Assembly: GCA_977862235.1 (NCBI GenBank)
Contig: OZ374565.1
Coordinates: 310,001 to 374,000, forward strand
From: Dudresnaya verticillata
Taxonomy: Eukaryota
Length of the DNA stretch: 64,000 bases
Reading direction: 5' to 3'
The notes below the pieces were generated by a model. It was given only the letters and a program-made list of their open reading frames with translations, was not told the origin of the DNA and did no database searches. The position numbers were made by a program, and so were the translations under genes. This document shows positions 22,776-34,187 of this stretch, in pieces (the stretch's first letter is position 1; the number at the start of each line of letters is the position of its first letter).

Positions 22776-23360
22776 ATGACTACTGATGCATGGCTTGAAA
22801 GACTCAATCCGGAGGAAGAAGAGGTCTACAACCTGATTAACAGTGCCGAAGAGGAATATTTGCGATATTTATCCGCAAAGGCACATCACGCCCCGCTTCC
22901 CTTAGAAGAATATCATCTTGTCTATTCTGCGCTATCACGAGCACTACGATGCCAGCAGCGTCTGGTTCTACTTGGGGTCAACGTCATGGAAAACTTCTTG
23001 GCCTCCGGAACACTCAACATTGTTGAAAACCAAATCAACCTCCACGCTGCTCCATCGCGTAGAATTTCGTATCCGCCATTGAGGAACAATGCGCAGAAAA
23101 TTGCCAGTGATACGCAAATGAAGAGAATCCAGAACACAAAACATGCCTTCAAAGCCTACATCTTCGCGAAGGACACCAGTCAAAAGAATAACCTCATCGC
23201 ACAGCACTACATCAAGGACGCCACCGAAAATCTGTTGAAGGTCATCAACGATTTGCATCAGATGTTCAAACTTGCGGGGAGGAAGGCTGAAGCGATTCAA
23301 AAGTCGAAAGAAGCGCTTGGATACAATGAAAGTCTTATTTCTCGAGTCGAACGGCTGTAA
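22776..23360 (+). CDS. Hypothetical, probably helical protein (194 aa)
   Basis: ATG-started ORF with protein-like composition in otherwise ORF-poor sequence. No recognisable motif. Confidence 0.55.
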   Translation: MTTDAWLERLNPEEEEVYNLINSAEEEYLRYLSAKAHHAPLPLEEYHLVYSALSRALRCQQRLVLLGVNVMENFLASGTLNIVENQINLHAAPSRRISYPPLRNNAQKIASDTQMKRIQNTKHAFKAYIFAKDTSQKNNLIAQHYIKDATENLLKVINDLHQMFKLAGRKAEAIQKSKEALGYNESLISRVERL

Positions 23361-24980
23361 CACCCCAACAATGTGGAACGGGTTTGAAGAGCCGTAGTAG
23401 CTACTACAGTAACAACGTACCAATCTACCGAGATCATGGAAAGGCATGAGAAACTCTAAGCTCCCTGGTCTTTCCCTTATGCGGGACAAACATAATCAAG
23501 ATAGCTTTTCTTGACCCGAGTATAATTTGCCTACCTCGGTAATGATGTGAGTTCGTGGTGGCTGTTAACCGCCGTGCACTCTTTGACCGTTGCCTTTCAC
23601 ATGAATTGTAAGCAGGTCCCCTTAAGGGCTGTAGTCTTACCTATGCATAAAGGGCTCCCTCAACGTATTGTTTGCTTGTTTAGGCCAGGGCTTTGCCGCG
23701 TACTATTGCGGTCTATTTTTCGTCAGTATTGACAATATGCAGTAATATTGCAATACTGAGAGAAAGGGCAATATTTATTGCTATTTGGTCCAATGTTTCA
23801 CCAGATCGATTCCTCATATGCTCTATGAATTATATTCAGTCCAACGAGTCGGTATCACTATCATATTGATGACATTGATGTAGTAGACAGCACCCGGACC
23901 AACAGCATTAGTAGAATGTTGTCTGTCCAGTGTTCTCTCGATGACATATGAATGCAATCTTAGGCCCATTCGTTACTGTTTGGGTGCACTCCGACATATT
24001 CTATGAACAATTCCACGATACTTAACATATGCAGTGCAAGAGAGCAAACGTCTGGCCTTGGTAACTACTCTTGCTGTCGTTTTAAAGTGGACTCTTTTCT
24101 GTGTGTGAATCGTTTGATGCGTGTGTGTTGTGTCGTGCTGTCTATGTATGAACAGCCGAGGCTATGTAGAGCCTCTTCGCCACAACAAAATACTACGAAA
24201 GGAATGTATCTGAGATATACTGGCACTACGAGCTGTCACAACGCTAGCGGTATATTATTGCCGTAGCTTTGGTGACACTCTACTATCAGAATGCAGCTGC
24301 AGTATTCGTGGAGTGCACTCTCTTACATGCAATACTTAGACAACTGCCCTATACATACATATATATCTACTATTGAGATATATATTCAACTATATAAATA
24401 GTAGCATCTTTTCAGTCTGAAGACTATTTCCATAATGGCCTCGTTCTTTTCGTAATGGAACTGATACGGCGTTACCAGGAGCACTGTTCCTTAACACAAG
24501 CAGCATTTCTTATCTCTCAACTTTTAATTCCTTAAAAGAAATACGTCAGCAGGCTGTCGACATCAAGAAAGAGACGACCGCATTTCGAAGCCCAGCATTT
24601 GAAGGTTGTCAAGGTACAACCGAGTAAAGGCTTAGAAGCCTTTAGGGTTACGGTACCTAATTACAGTGTCTTACACCTGGTGATATCGAAAGTGCAGAGT
24701 TTGTATGGATCTGGGGCGAATCAGTAGTTCCGGAGAGAGAGGACGAGTTTGAAGGTCCAGTGGAAGGTATAGAACGTACCCCATTGTGCACCCATTGCCC
24801 GAGAAGCACAAACATACGATTTTATGGCAGTGCAAATCCACAAGGGGTCCCCAATATCTGATCTGATTGTCGGCGACAGGCCGTCTGCTCGACATCGCCT
24901 GATAGAGCGTGATGCGAGGACGTGAGAATATTAATTTCTATCACAGATTCGAGTCTGTCTGGGTGTGGTGCAGTTGACAG

Positions 24981-25590
24981 TGTTACACATAGCGCTCGCA
25001 CTGTTTGGGAGTACTCCCTACAATGGGATCCCAAAGCGCACACGCGACGCTGCAGGGTAATTCCCTAGAATGGGAGCCTGCTGGGGAACGCACTGCTGAA
25101 CAATGGCAGACCCCACGGCCGATCATGGCTATCGCGCACAGACCTGGTGAACCTGCACAAGGCAGAACTGCCGGTCTGACAAGGCGAATTTGCGTCCCTT
25201 CGGACAACCCTCTACATCTTATTGGCTAACGCTCAGGGTCCCCTGACAACAGGGTTCAGACCTGAATGACTTTCCGTCCGTCCCCGACCCACTGTGGGAC
25301 GGCGGGTGTGAACACATCCACCTGTTCAGGTCTATCTGACTTGGAGCGGATCCCGCGAGCATGCGGGCCACAAATACTGTGGGTCGCTTTGAGCCGTCCG
25401 GCTGTAGAAATAATAAAGCCAGCACGCTGGCGTCGAACGACGAAGACGAGGGACAACACACCACTCCTCATCCACGCCGTGACTTTGCCCTCCACTTTGC
25501 CAACCCCAACTTTCTCTCTACCGACCTTTTACTTTTCCTTTTCGCGTTCGCGATCTACTGCTTCGAAGGCAAAAGCGGTTACGCGTCACA
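24981..25590 (+). repeat. 5' LTR (610 bp)
   Basis: TGTTACAC...GCGTCACA, about 8 differences from 38341-38950. Confidence 0.95.
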
Positions 25591-25674
25591 GTAATTACTT
25601 TTCCCCGGAGTAGTTTCGTTTTTGTTGACGAAGCGAGATTGTGTTCACGGTGACCAGCACTAGGAGTGCTACGA

Positions 25675-28508
25675 ATGGATCCAATGCCCAAGATTCATGC
25701 ACAAAATCCGTGTCCGTCAGACGATCGTCGAAACGGTGGAAGCGAAGGCTGATAGGACTGTCAACGGCTGACTTCGTCTTGTTCAAGCACGATCGCGAGA
25801 TCTATGAACGACGAGTCGCTGAGAAGAATTCGGATCCGAATGTTAAGATCCAGCTTACGACCTACAAGGACTCTATTCTACCTGCTGTGCTGGAGATCTT
25901 CGCACTAGGTGACTGGGTTCCGATGGACACCGTTGATGACACCTGTAGTAGAATGGCTTTGAAGCCAACAGAGACGGCGACACGGCACGACAGCTGTCCT
26001 CAAAGAGCGATCCCACTCGCGTGGTTGGTAGCTCGGTAAAGGGGTGGTAGAGACTTGAAAGGGCTTAAAGCCCTAACAAAGGAAAAAGGGATAGGCGAAC
26101 CCTGCTGAATAGAGCAATTCGTCGTAGACGACAGGGCTTGTAGACGCCCAAAGGGAAGTTGTAGCGGTAGCACCGTAAGCGTCCAAAAAGGGGAAAACCC
26201 AAGGCACAGACCGCTGCCGGTTTAGTGCCGGGCCCCTGCTACTCAGGGGCCCCATAAATACAGCGAGAGCCGAAAAGTGCTCCTCGCTCAGTTAGAGCTC
26301 TATGGCTAATACTTAGCTAATACTGTACAATACAGGTACGATATATCCTTAGATAGGAATGAGTGGTCAGGCCACAAGGCCCGCGCGGCGCCACTGTCAG
26401 GCGCCGTGCGGCAAACATCCGCCAGCAATGCATGGCGCGATGGTGCGGCCATGGTTAATCCCCAAATGGCACAGGGCCATATTATCTGGAGCAGTGTGCC
26501 CTACAGATCAACTCTGTACACGTGTTGCCTTACAGCGCAGGAGCGTTCCAGCAATGAAATCAATCGGAGCACCAGCCATGTCATCCGGGCAGTTGTGCGC
26601 CCGTCATTCCTTACAGAGGACTCGTGTCCACGTGGCTCCTTACAGGGCGTCAACGCCCGTTGTACCACAACATCACGGAGAACAATCTTGAGGACTGTGT
26701 GGCCAAGCAGGCTGTAGTTAATCCTGATGATTATGATCTTGGAAAGCTCGATGATTCCCTCAATGACTAGAAGCTCGGACGAGCGGATAGTGAACACAAC
26801 CTAGAAGCCCAAGTTTAGCAGCTGATCTTTGAATACACCAAGATCTTACAGAACTGTGGTTACAATAAGTTTGCCGAACGGCACCCGAAGCTTGCCGTGG
26901 AGCACATACTGAAGCGTATCACTCACCCGTTCCTGAAGAACCGCATGATCATGACTGCGCGTCTGAAGAAGGACGAGGACTTTCAGAATAACTTCAAAGT
27001 TTTCGTACGAGAACTCGCGAAGGAGGCGCGGCTGATCGACCGCATGAACGCCGCCAAGAAATACAAAGCGCCCGCTACCGCTTTCGACAAGTTTGCTACT
27101 CGTGTTGCGGATGATCCGCCGCCGACGGCGCCATACCGATCGGGTAGTTCCGGTTCCGGACGTAAGAATAAGAACCGTTGTAATAAAGGTGGTGCATCTG
27201 GCAGTACTGCAGAAGATGGGAACCACAATCAAGACAAACCGTTCGGTGGTAACGATGGCAGAGGTAAACACTTTCGCGAACCTCCCTATTGTCTCAACCC
27301 AAAGTGCGACAAGCGCCATTGGGTTGATGACTGTGAAATAACTGCGGACGCAGAGAAGAAACGTCTCAAGGATGAGTGCCGTGCGCGTTCGCAAGCGCGC
27401 AAGTGATCGAAGCAGGACTCAGAGAAGCGAGAAAACATCGGATCTGTAGAACTACCTACCGAAGGAGAACACACTTCAATGTTCTCAGCCTCATTCTGTT
27501 CAGGTGCTGTAGAGGTGTCCGCCTTAACCGATCAAGGTTCGGATGCTAATCTAATTTCACCATCAGTACTGAAGGAGATCTTACAGGCTGACCCAGATGT
27601 TCGAGTTGTGACTCTACCAAAGAAGCTGGAGTTCTCCAATGCTCATTCTTCTGCGGTGAAGATCACGTGCAGCAGGCAAGTATCCGCTGACGTAATGCTA
27701 CGCGTACGCCATGGTACGAACCTCATGTTGCGAGGAATGAAGTGGCTGGTCACAAACGCTGCAGTACAGCACGTTTATGTCGGACGACATGTTCTCGCGT
27801 CTATAGGGTTGAACAACCGTGTCATGCTCGAGTTCGCGGCTGATAGATTCGGAGGAGTCGTCGACGTCCCAGAAGTTCTTCATAAGGATGGGAGTGGCGA
27901 CAATCCTTGCGCCGACGCCGGTGCGTCTATCCATGGAATCCTTCGCGAACGCGGTTTGGATTTCGGAAGCACCTTCCACAGCAAAGGGGGTGCTGAGGAC
28001 GATCAACTCGAAGACAGTAACGTCTACGTCGATCTTGGCGAGGACTCGCCGGATGATTTGAAACAGGCGATCGCCGCAATGGTCGAAGACGCTCGCAACA
28101 ATGGACTGAGCGATACCGGAGCCGAACGGCTGACCTCTATCCTGGACAGGTACCCGGTTTTCGGATTCGGCTGGGCAAATCCCAACCAGTCGACGTTCCG
28201 CCAATGAGGGTACGACGTCAACAAGGATACCGACCGGTACGTTTGAAAGCAAGGAGATACTCCGGTGAACAAAGGAACTTCCTGAACGCGCGCGTCGTAC
28301 GCGTACGTGGATCGGCTCAAGGAGATGGAATTTTCGAGGAGATGACAACCGCCGAATGGCAAGCGGCACCTCTCCTTGTGCCGAAGCCTGGTTCCAGAGC
28401 TGGGTATCGTATGACCGTGGACCTTCGCCCGGTCAATGGCGCGACAATCAAAGAGTCGTGGCCAATGCCTCATCTGGACAGCGAGGTGTATGATTTCTCA
28501 GGGAGCAC
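25675..28508 (+). pseudogene. gag, protease and N-terminal RT of the Ty3/gypsy element
   Basis: Gag with PYCLNPKCDKRHWVDDC knuckle, protease ALTDQGSDANLI, and RT start APLLVPKPG..YRMTVDLRPVN..WPMP. Interrupted by a solo LTR, stops and frameshifts. Confidence 0.9.
25944..26669 (-). mobile_element. Solo LTR (726 bp) inserted in gag
   Basis: TGTAGTA...TACCACA with TSD acacc/acatc. Removing it restores gag reading VDDITENNLEDC. Confidence 0.88.
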
Positions 28509-29347
28509 TGTGGTGCAAGGGAAGGGCTGCCCCTTTTTCGCTGTGAGCGTATTATATGCCAACGTCTACCGACGGCACGTCGACCGCCGTTGGCGCGCGA
28601 ACACGTCATGGACGGTTGGCCCACGGGCATACGGCCGCCGTTACCCGGCGCGGCGCACGCGCCCACTGTACGGCCAGATCCAGATGCACGATCCGGATCG
28701 GCCAGGCGCAAGGCGCACGCCTGTAAGCCTGGCCCGGATCCGGATCGGATCCGGATGGGACATCGGGATCCGGCATCGGGATCCACAGTGATGTAAGGAG
28801 CGCGTCTGTAATGGCCGCGCGCCAGCAATGCTGGTAGGGATCTGGATCCGAATCCGGATCACCCACAATGCTACACGCATGCGCCTATAAGCTACTCCTG
28901 AGCTCCCGCGCGCGCGGCTGCATGGCGACGACGACGTGTCAGACACTCGACGACGCGACACGCGTCCTGAGTCCCCGCGCACCGCGCCTGCCGCCGTCAC
29001 TCACGTAGTATATGAGGTAATCCGTCTGAGACGCTGAGTAAATCCCGGACAAGCCGGCCTTGGTCCAGACTTCCCCGTTCCGCACGCGCGTACCCTACCG
29101 CTGCCTACGGCTAAGCGTCTACCTCCCGTGCTTCTACGTCTACCATCGTCCTTGACGTGCTCCCTTTCTGTTTCCTTTCCCCTTCCTTCACACCTTCCGC
29201 CTCGGGCGTCTACAGTCCGCCCAAGGCGTGCCCCTTTTGCTCTACCAACAACTCGCCCACGGCGGGACCACCTACCGCCAAGGGCGCAGCTACCCACCGA
29301 GCCCCGCACTGCTCGGCGGTCTATCGTCTCGGACGTTTTGCACCACA
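28509..29347 (+). repeat. LTR A (839 bp) followed by a primer-binding site
   Basis: TGTGGTGCAA...TTGCACCACA, then TGGTCTCCCGACC at 29350. Confidence 0.8.
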
Positions 29348-29551
29348 TCTGGTCTCCCGACCTAAAATTGTGCTACGTTTCAACGAGTTACTCCGTCGTG
29401 CGACGTCCGACTCTTCGTCTTCAGACTTTTGTCGCTAATCGTCCACGACGTTCAAGCAACTCTACGATTGTATCATGGCCTCACGACCGCCGCCGTCGAG
29501 AGGCCCAAGTTCAAGAAGACCGTCTTCGACGCCAGGGAGTGTACCCGCGTC

Positions 29552-30426
29552 ACAAGCGCCCTCGGAATGCAGCCGCGCGCCTGACACATTTGCCCACGCC
29601 ACCGCGCGCGCCGCGCTAATGCTTACACCTACACGTGTTCACACACCGCGCTTACAGACTCTTGGTCCCATTGTCCTCCGCTGCCCTGTGACACGTGCCA
29701 CGTGTGCAAGTATGCCACGGGGCGCAGCAGCGTGACCCAGTAACTACACCTCACGCGTTCTCTCAACCCGACATTGCCGTCACTATCCGCTGTGAGCGGG
29801 AGGTCTGGTTCTTGACCAAGTTGCCCGACAAAGTCGAATGACTGTGTCAGGCGCGCGGCTGCATTCCGAGGGCGCTTGTCACACGCACGACGGAACGACA
29901 CGTGTCCTGAGTTCCCGCGCGCCGCAGCGCCACCGCCGTCGCCCACGCAGCAGTAGTAATACTTAGGTAACCCGTCTAGGACGTCCCAGTAAACCCCGGC
30001 AAGCCGGTATGCCTTCACACTTCGCCCCTTCGCTCGTTAGCGTCACTGCCGCTACCGACGTTGGCTACGCGTTGCGACGATCGCGCTTCCGCGTCAATGT
30101 CCGTCTTTGACGTGTATCCCCTTTTGTTTTCCCCCTTTATGGCCTTGGTAGCCGAATGCCCCTTCCCGCTAGTGTGTGCGTCGCCACCGCTTCCGTTAGG
30201 CAAAGCGTCGGTACCACCGTCCCTCCACGTGCAACACCGTCGTTGACGTGTTTCCATTTCCGTCTTGTCTCGTTTCTTTGGTTTCGATCTACCTACCGCC
30301 CAGGGAGTTTACAGTCCGCCTTGTGGCGTTGTCCATGCTCTACCACCCCTACCGTCTCTGACGTGCTACCCGCCGGGTCTCGAACTGCTCGGGCGTGCTT
30401 TTCCGTCCTAGACGTTTTGCACCACA
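29552..30426 (+). repeat. Rearranged 5' LTR B (U3 part inverted) followed by a primer-binding site
   Basis: 29552-29843 is the reverse complement of 34334-34625, and 29844-30426 is a direct copy of 34590-35171. TGGTCTCCCGACC at 30428. Confidence 0.85.
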
Positions 30427-30919
30427 TTGGTCTCCCGACCTAGAAAGTGCTACGTTTCTACGAACTGCAACGTCGTGCGACGACCGATCAACCGCTTTCA
30501 AAGCGTTTCGCTACTCGTCCACGACATTTTTCTACATTTTTGAGAATACTGTGGGTTCGTCCCGACCATCACTGTCTCCTGGGTCCTCTTCAAGGCGCCC
30601 GTCATGGACGATTGGCAGTGAGCCATCGTTCGAATGGTCAAGACGCATGACGATGAAGTCGGAATACCGTGTCCGCCCCGTGTTTGCTTCGGCTCTCCCG
30701 GCTATGCCGATACGCGACGTTTCCGACCGTTCGCCTAACAGGGGATCGTTATATCCCCTGCCGAACGTGTCGTCATCCGTATTTCCGCCTCTGGCGAGTC
30801 TGCCCTCCGTGCATCCGAGCGCTCAAGTTCAAGTCGAACAATAGAGCGTCGATGACGGAGCTCAAGCCGGCTTGGCCGAGGATCCACTGGATATTGTGAT
30901 TCCGGACACCCATCCCACC

Positions 30920-33435
30920 AAAAACGTCGTTGACGTTCAAGACCGCAGTACGCACCAATACGTCTTTGACGATTCATCGGTTCGACAGAGTCGGTGTAAC
31001 ACTTACCCGTCTTGAGACGTTGGAAAAATATCGAAATCGGGCCCTCCGGGGTCTCCACTTGGTTGTTGATCGTTGTTGACGTTCTGCACGCGACTTCGCG
31101 TTCCATGCCCGGCGTGCCGCTTTGCACCGTCACAGACGATTCATTCGCATGGTTACTCACGACATGTGGACCATGTTGCCTTTTCCGTCACGGACGATCA
31201 CCGATGCGTAGTCAGCCGCACTATCTCGCTTAAGCGATTGATACCGTCATCGACGCTTGGAACGCGACCAACCGTCTCATGGCGCATTTTAGCGTCAAAG
31301 ACGATTCTTGGATCGTGGTTACTCACGCCATACTGTGTTTTCCATCATCGACGATTGCAGACTCGTGATCACCCGATCCCTCTTGCGGTATATCGTCGTC
31401 GACGTCGAGTACACAGAAGCCTGGCACATGTGGTTTCCTTATCGTCATGGACGTTTCATGCCACGATAATATCGGTGCCATGCTGCTCTCTACCGTCACC
31501 GACGATTCCCGCTCTGCTGCAACCGGCCTATTGCCTTGATATCCCGTCAATAACGTTTCGCCGTATTCGCTTTGCGACATGTTGCTTTTTACCGTCATTG
31601 ACGTTTCCTGCTCTTCAGTCGCGCGGTGAAGCCCACGCAACGTCGCTTTATACCGTCACTGACGCTTTGCAGCACTTGGTACCCGTGGTCACAAGCAAAG
31701 ACAGCTTCGTATCGTCTTCGACGTTTCGTATCGTCATCGACGTTCTAGTGCATTCGGTCAGCCACTTAGTGCGATATAGCACCGTCGTCGACGTTCTCCG
31801 GCTCGTGGTCATCCGAAACGTGCCGTTTCCTGTCGTCATCGACGTTTCGTATCGTCATTGACGTTTTGGTGCGGGTCGCGGCTCGCACACGGCTCGCACA
31901 ACCCTGTGCTATGCCGAAATACGCCGTCACAGACGTTCTGCCGTTGCGCGTTCACTCGCAGCACACAGAGACGTTTCCCGGCTTGCGAATCACCGCGCCA
32001 TGCCAGCTCAATACCGTCATAGACGTTTTCCCGGCTCGCGGTAACCCGTGCAGTGCCATTTGGTGCCGTCGTCGACGTGCTCAGGCTCGCGGTCTCCGGC
32101 AACGGCGTCTTCGAATCGTCATCGACGTTTTGTATCGCTATTGACGTTTTAGTGCACGCGGTTGCCCTCCTCGAGCCACACCTCACCGTTGTCGACGTCT
32201 TAAGGATCGCGGCACCCGCAAAGTGCTGCTTCATACCGTCATCGACGTTGCGTGTCGTCATTGACGTTACGTGCACGCGATCACACGCGAACTGCCAAGT
32301 TTACCGTCACAGACGTTTGCAGACTCACGGACAGCTGCCATGTGCCGCTTCGTACCGTCATTTCACAGTCATGGACGTTTTGGTACTCGGGGTCAACCGC
32401 ATGTGCCGCCTCGTGCCGTTACCGACGTTGAATATCGTCATTGACGTTTTGTTGTACTCGGTAACCCATGCCGTTCCACTTCGTACCGTCATGGACGTCT
32501 CATATCCTCATCGACGTTTTTAGTAGGGGCAGGCTCCTAACACGGCCGCTCAATATCGTCATCGACGTTGCATACCGTCATTGACATTTTGGTCAACGCG
32601 GTCACTCTTGTCGACCCCTTTTGCAACGTTGTCGACGCTCAATAGCGTCATTGACGTTTGGGACACGTGGTTACCTCCACTGTGCACCTTTTCACCGTCG
32701 TCGACGTTTGAACGTTCGTGGTCCACCCGGTCACCCGCCACAGCTGCTTCTTATCGTCATCGACACTCAATGTCGTCATCGACGTTTTGGGGCACGCGCT
32801 TACCTGCGAAGTGCCCCGTTTCACCGTCATCGACGTTGGCACGTTCGTGGTCACCCTGAACGAGCCGCTTCGTATCGTGATAGACGTTGCATATCGTCAT
32901 TGACGTTTTCGTTCTCGGGTAAGCAGAAATGTGCCGAATCTTATCGTTATCGACGTTACATATCGTCATTGACGTTTGAGGCCACACGGTGATCCGCCGC
33001 GGCCGCTTTGCATCGTCATTGACGTTTTCCGGCTGAGGCGCACTCGCGCCCTGCCGCGCTATATCGTCCGAGACGCTTCCGGGCTGGCGCACAACTGCGC
33101 CATCCCAGGATATACCGTCTCAGACGTTTTCTGGCTGGCGCACACCCGCGCCATGCCGCGCTATATCGTCCTAGACGCTTCCCGGCTGGCGCACACCTGC
33201 GCCATCCCAGGATATGCCGTCTCAGACGTTTTCTGGCTGGCGCACACCCGCGCCATGCCGCGCTATATCGTCCTAGACGCTTCCCGGCTGGCGCACACCT
33301 GCGCCATCCCAGGATATACCGTCTCAGACGTTTTCCGGATGGCGCACACCCGCGCCATGCCGCACAATATCGTCACAGACGTTTTCCGGCTGGGCCGCAC
33401 CCGCGCCATGCCGCGCCATATCGTCAAAGACGCAA
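30920..33435. repeat. Array of ~55 palindromic CGTC-N3-GACG(TT) motifs, mostly at ~50-51 bp and 19 bp spacing, grading into a homogeneous 51-bp tandem repeat (33040-33435)
   Basis: Examples are atcgtcatcgacgtt, accgtcacagacgtt and atcgtcattgacgtt. Intervening sequence is divergent except in the last ~8 units. Confidence 0.9.
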
Positions 33436-33529
33436 CCGCACGCATTAGCGTTTTTCATACCATCCCTGACGATCACGCCCGCCGATGGCGGTTCACTGCA
33501 CGCCGCGCCGAACGTAAGAGCCCCCGACG

Positions 33530-33900
33530 CATGACTGGTGCGCTCCGCCTTACAGACGAATGGCCTGTGCACAAGGAAATCAAGCGCTAATTGGTGCGCT
33601 TCAGCTTACACCCAAATTGGATGGTGATTGGTGCGCTTCGCCCCGCGCGCAAATTGGACACTCATTGGTGCGCTTGAGCTTACAGGCACGTGACCTGTGC
33701 GCCAGGAAATTGAACGCCCATTGGTGCGCTTCGCCTTACACCCAAATTGCGCGCTCATTGGTGCGCTTCGCGCTGCACGCAAATTGGACGTTGATTGGTG
33801 CGCTTGGGCTTACAGGCACGTGACCTGCGCACACCCAAATTGAGCGCTCATTGGTGCGCTTCACGCCGCACGCAAATTGAACGCTGATTGGTGCGCTTCT
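33530..33900. repeat. Nine ATTGGTGCGCT motifs in a 37/37/56-bp higher-order repeat
   Basis: Copies near 33534, 33589, 33627, 33664, 33720, 33757, 33794, 33850 and 33887. Confidence 0.88.
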
Positions 33901-34187
33901 GCATGCCGTCAAAATTTATCGTTTATTTATGCGCGTGGACGCCCGGCTACTGCGCAGCGCTGGTAGCCGCCCTACACGGGGATAACCGTCTTGGACGTTC
34001 TACCACCGGTGACCTCGGAGCCCTGGGCACACCGCTACTAGTGAATTGCTCAAGTCGTCTTATGACGGGAAACTCGGCAACGCCGCACGTCCTTGAGGGG
34101 AATGGAAGTGACATAACCACGGCACGGCCGGTAATAATACGTTCCTCACGAATTTGCTTCGCGTGTTCGCGTTTTGGAAGGGGGCCA

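Larger units (their letters stand above)
1..23115. repeat. Copy 1 of large tandem segmental duplication (period ~41.2 kb)
   Basis: Position 1 (cttcctgagcctgctcc) recurs at 41203. ORF sets are near-identical at offsets +41202, then +41203 after a 1-nt indel near 7597, then +40885 after the vWA repeat contraction. Confidence 0.98.

Noticed and set aside
30920..33435. True CRISPR array
   Set aside because: The repeat is only ~13 nt and degenerate, there are no cas genes, the context is eukaryotic TE DNA, and the spacers grade into a plain 51-bp tandem repeat.
31073..33590. ORFs of 100-262 aa in the array (VIDV/SSTF repeats)
   Set aside because: They are translations of the DNA motif. The 19- and 50-nt spacings do not preserve frame.
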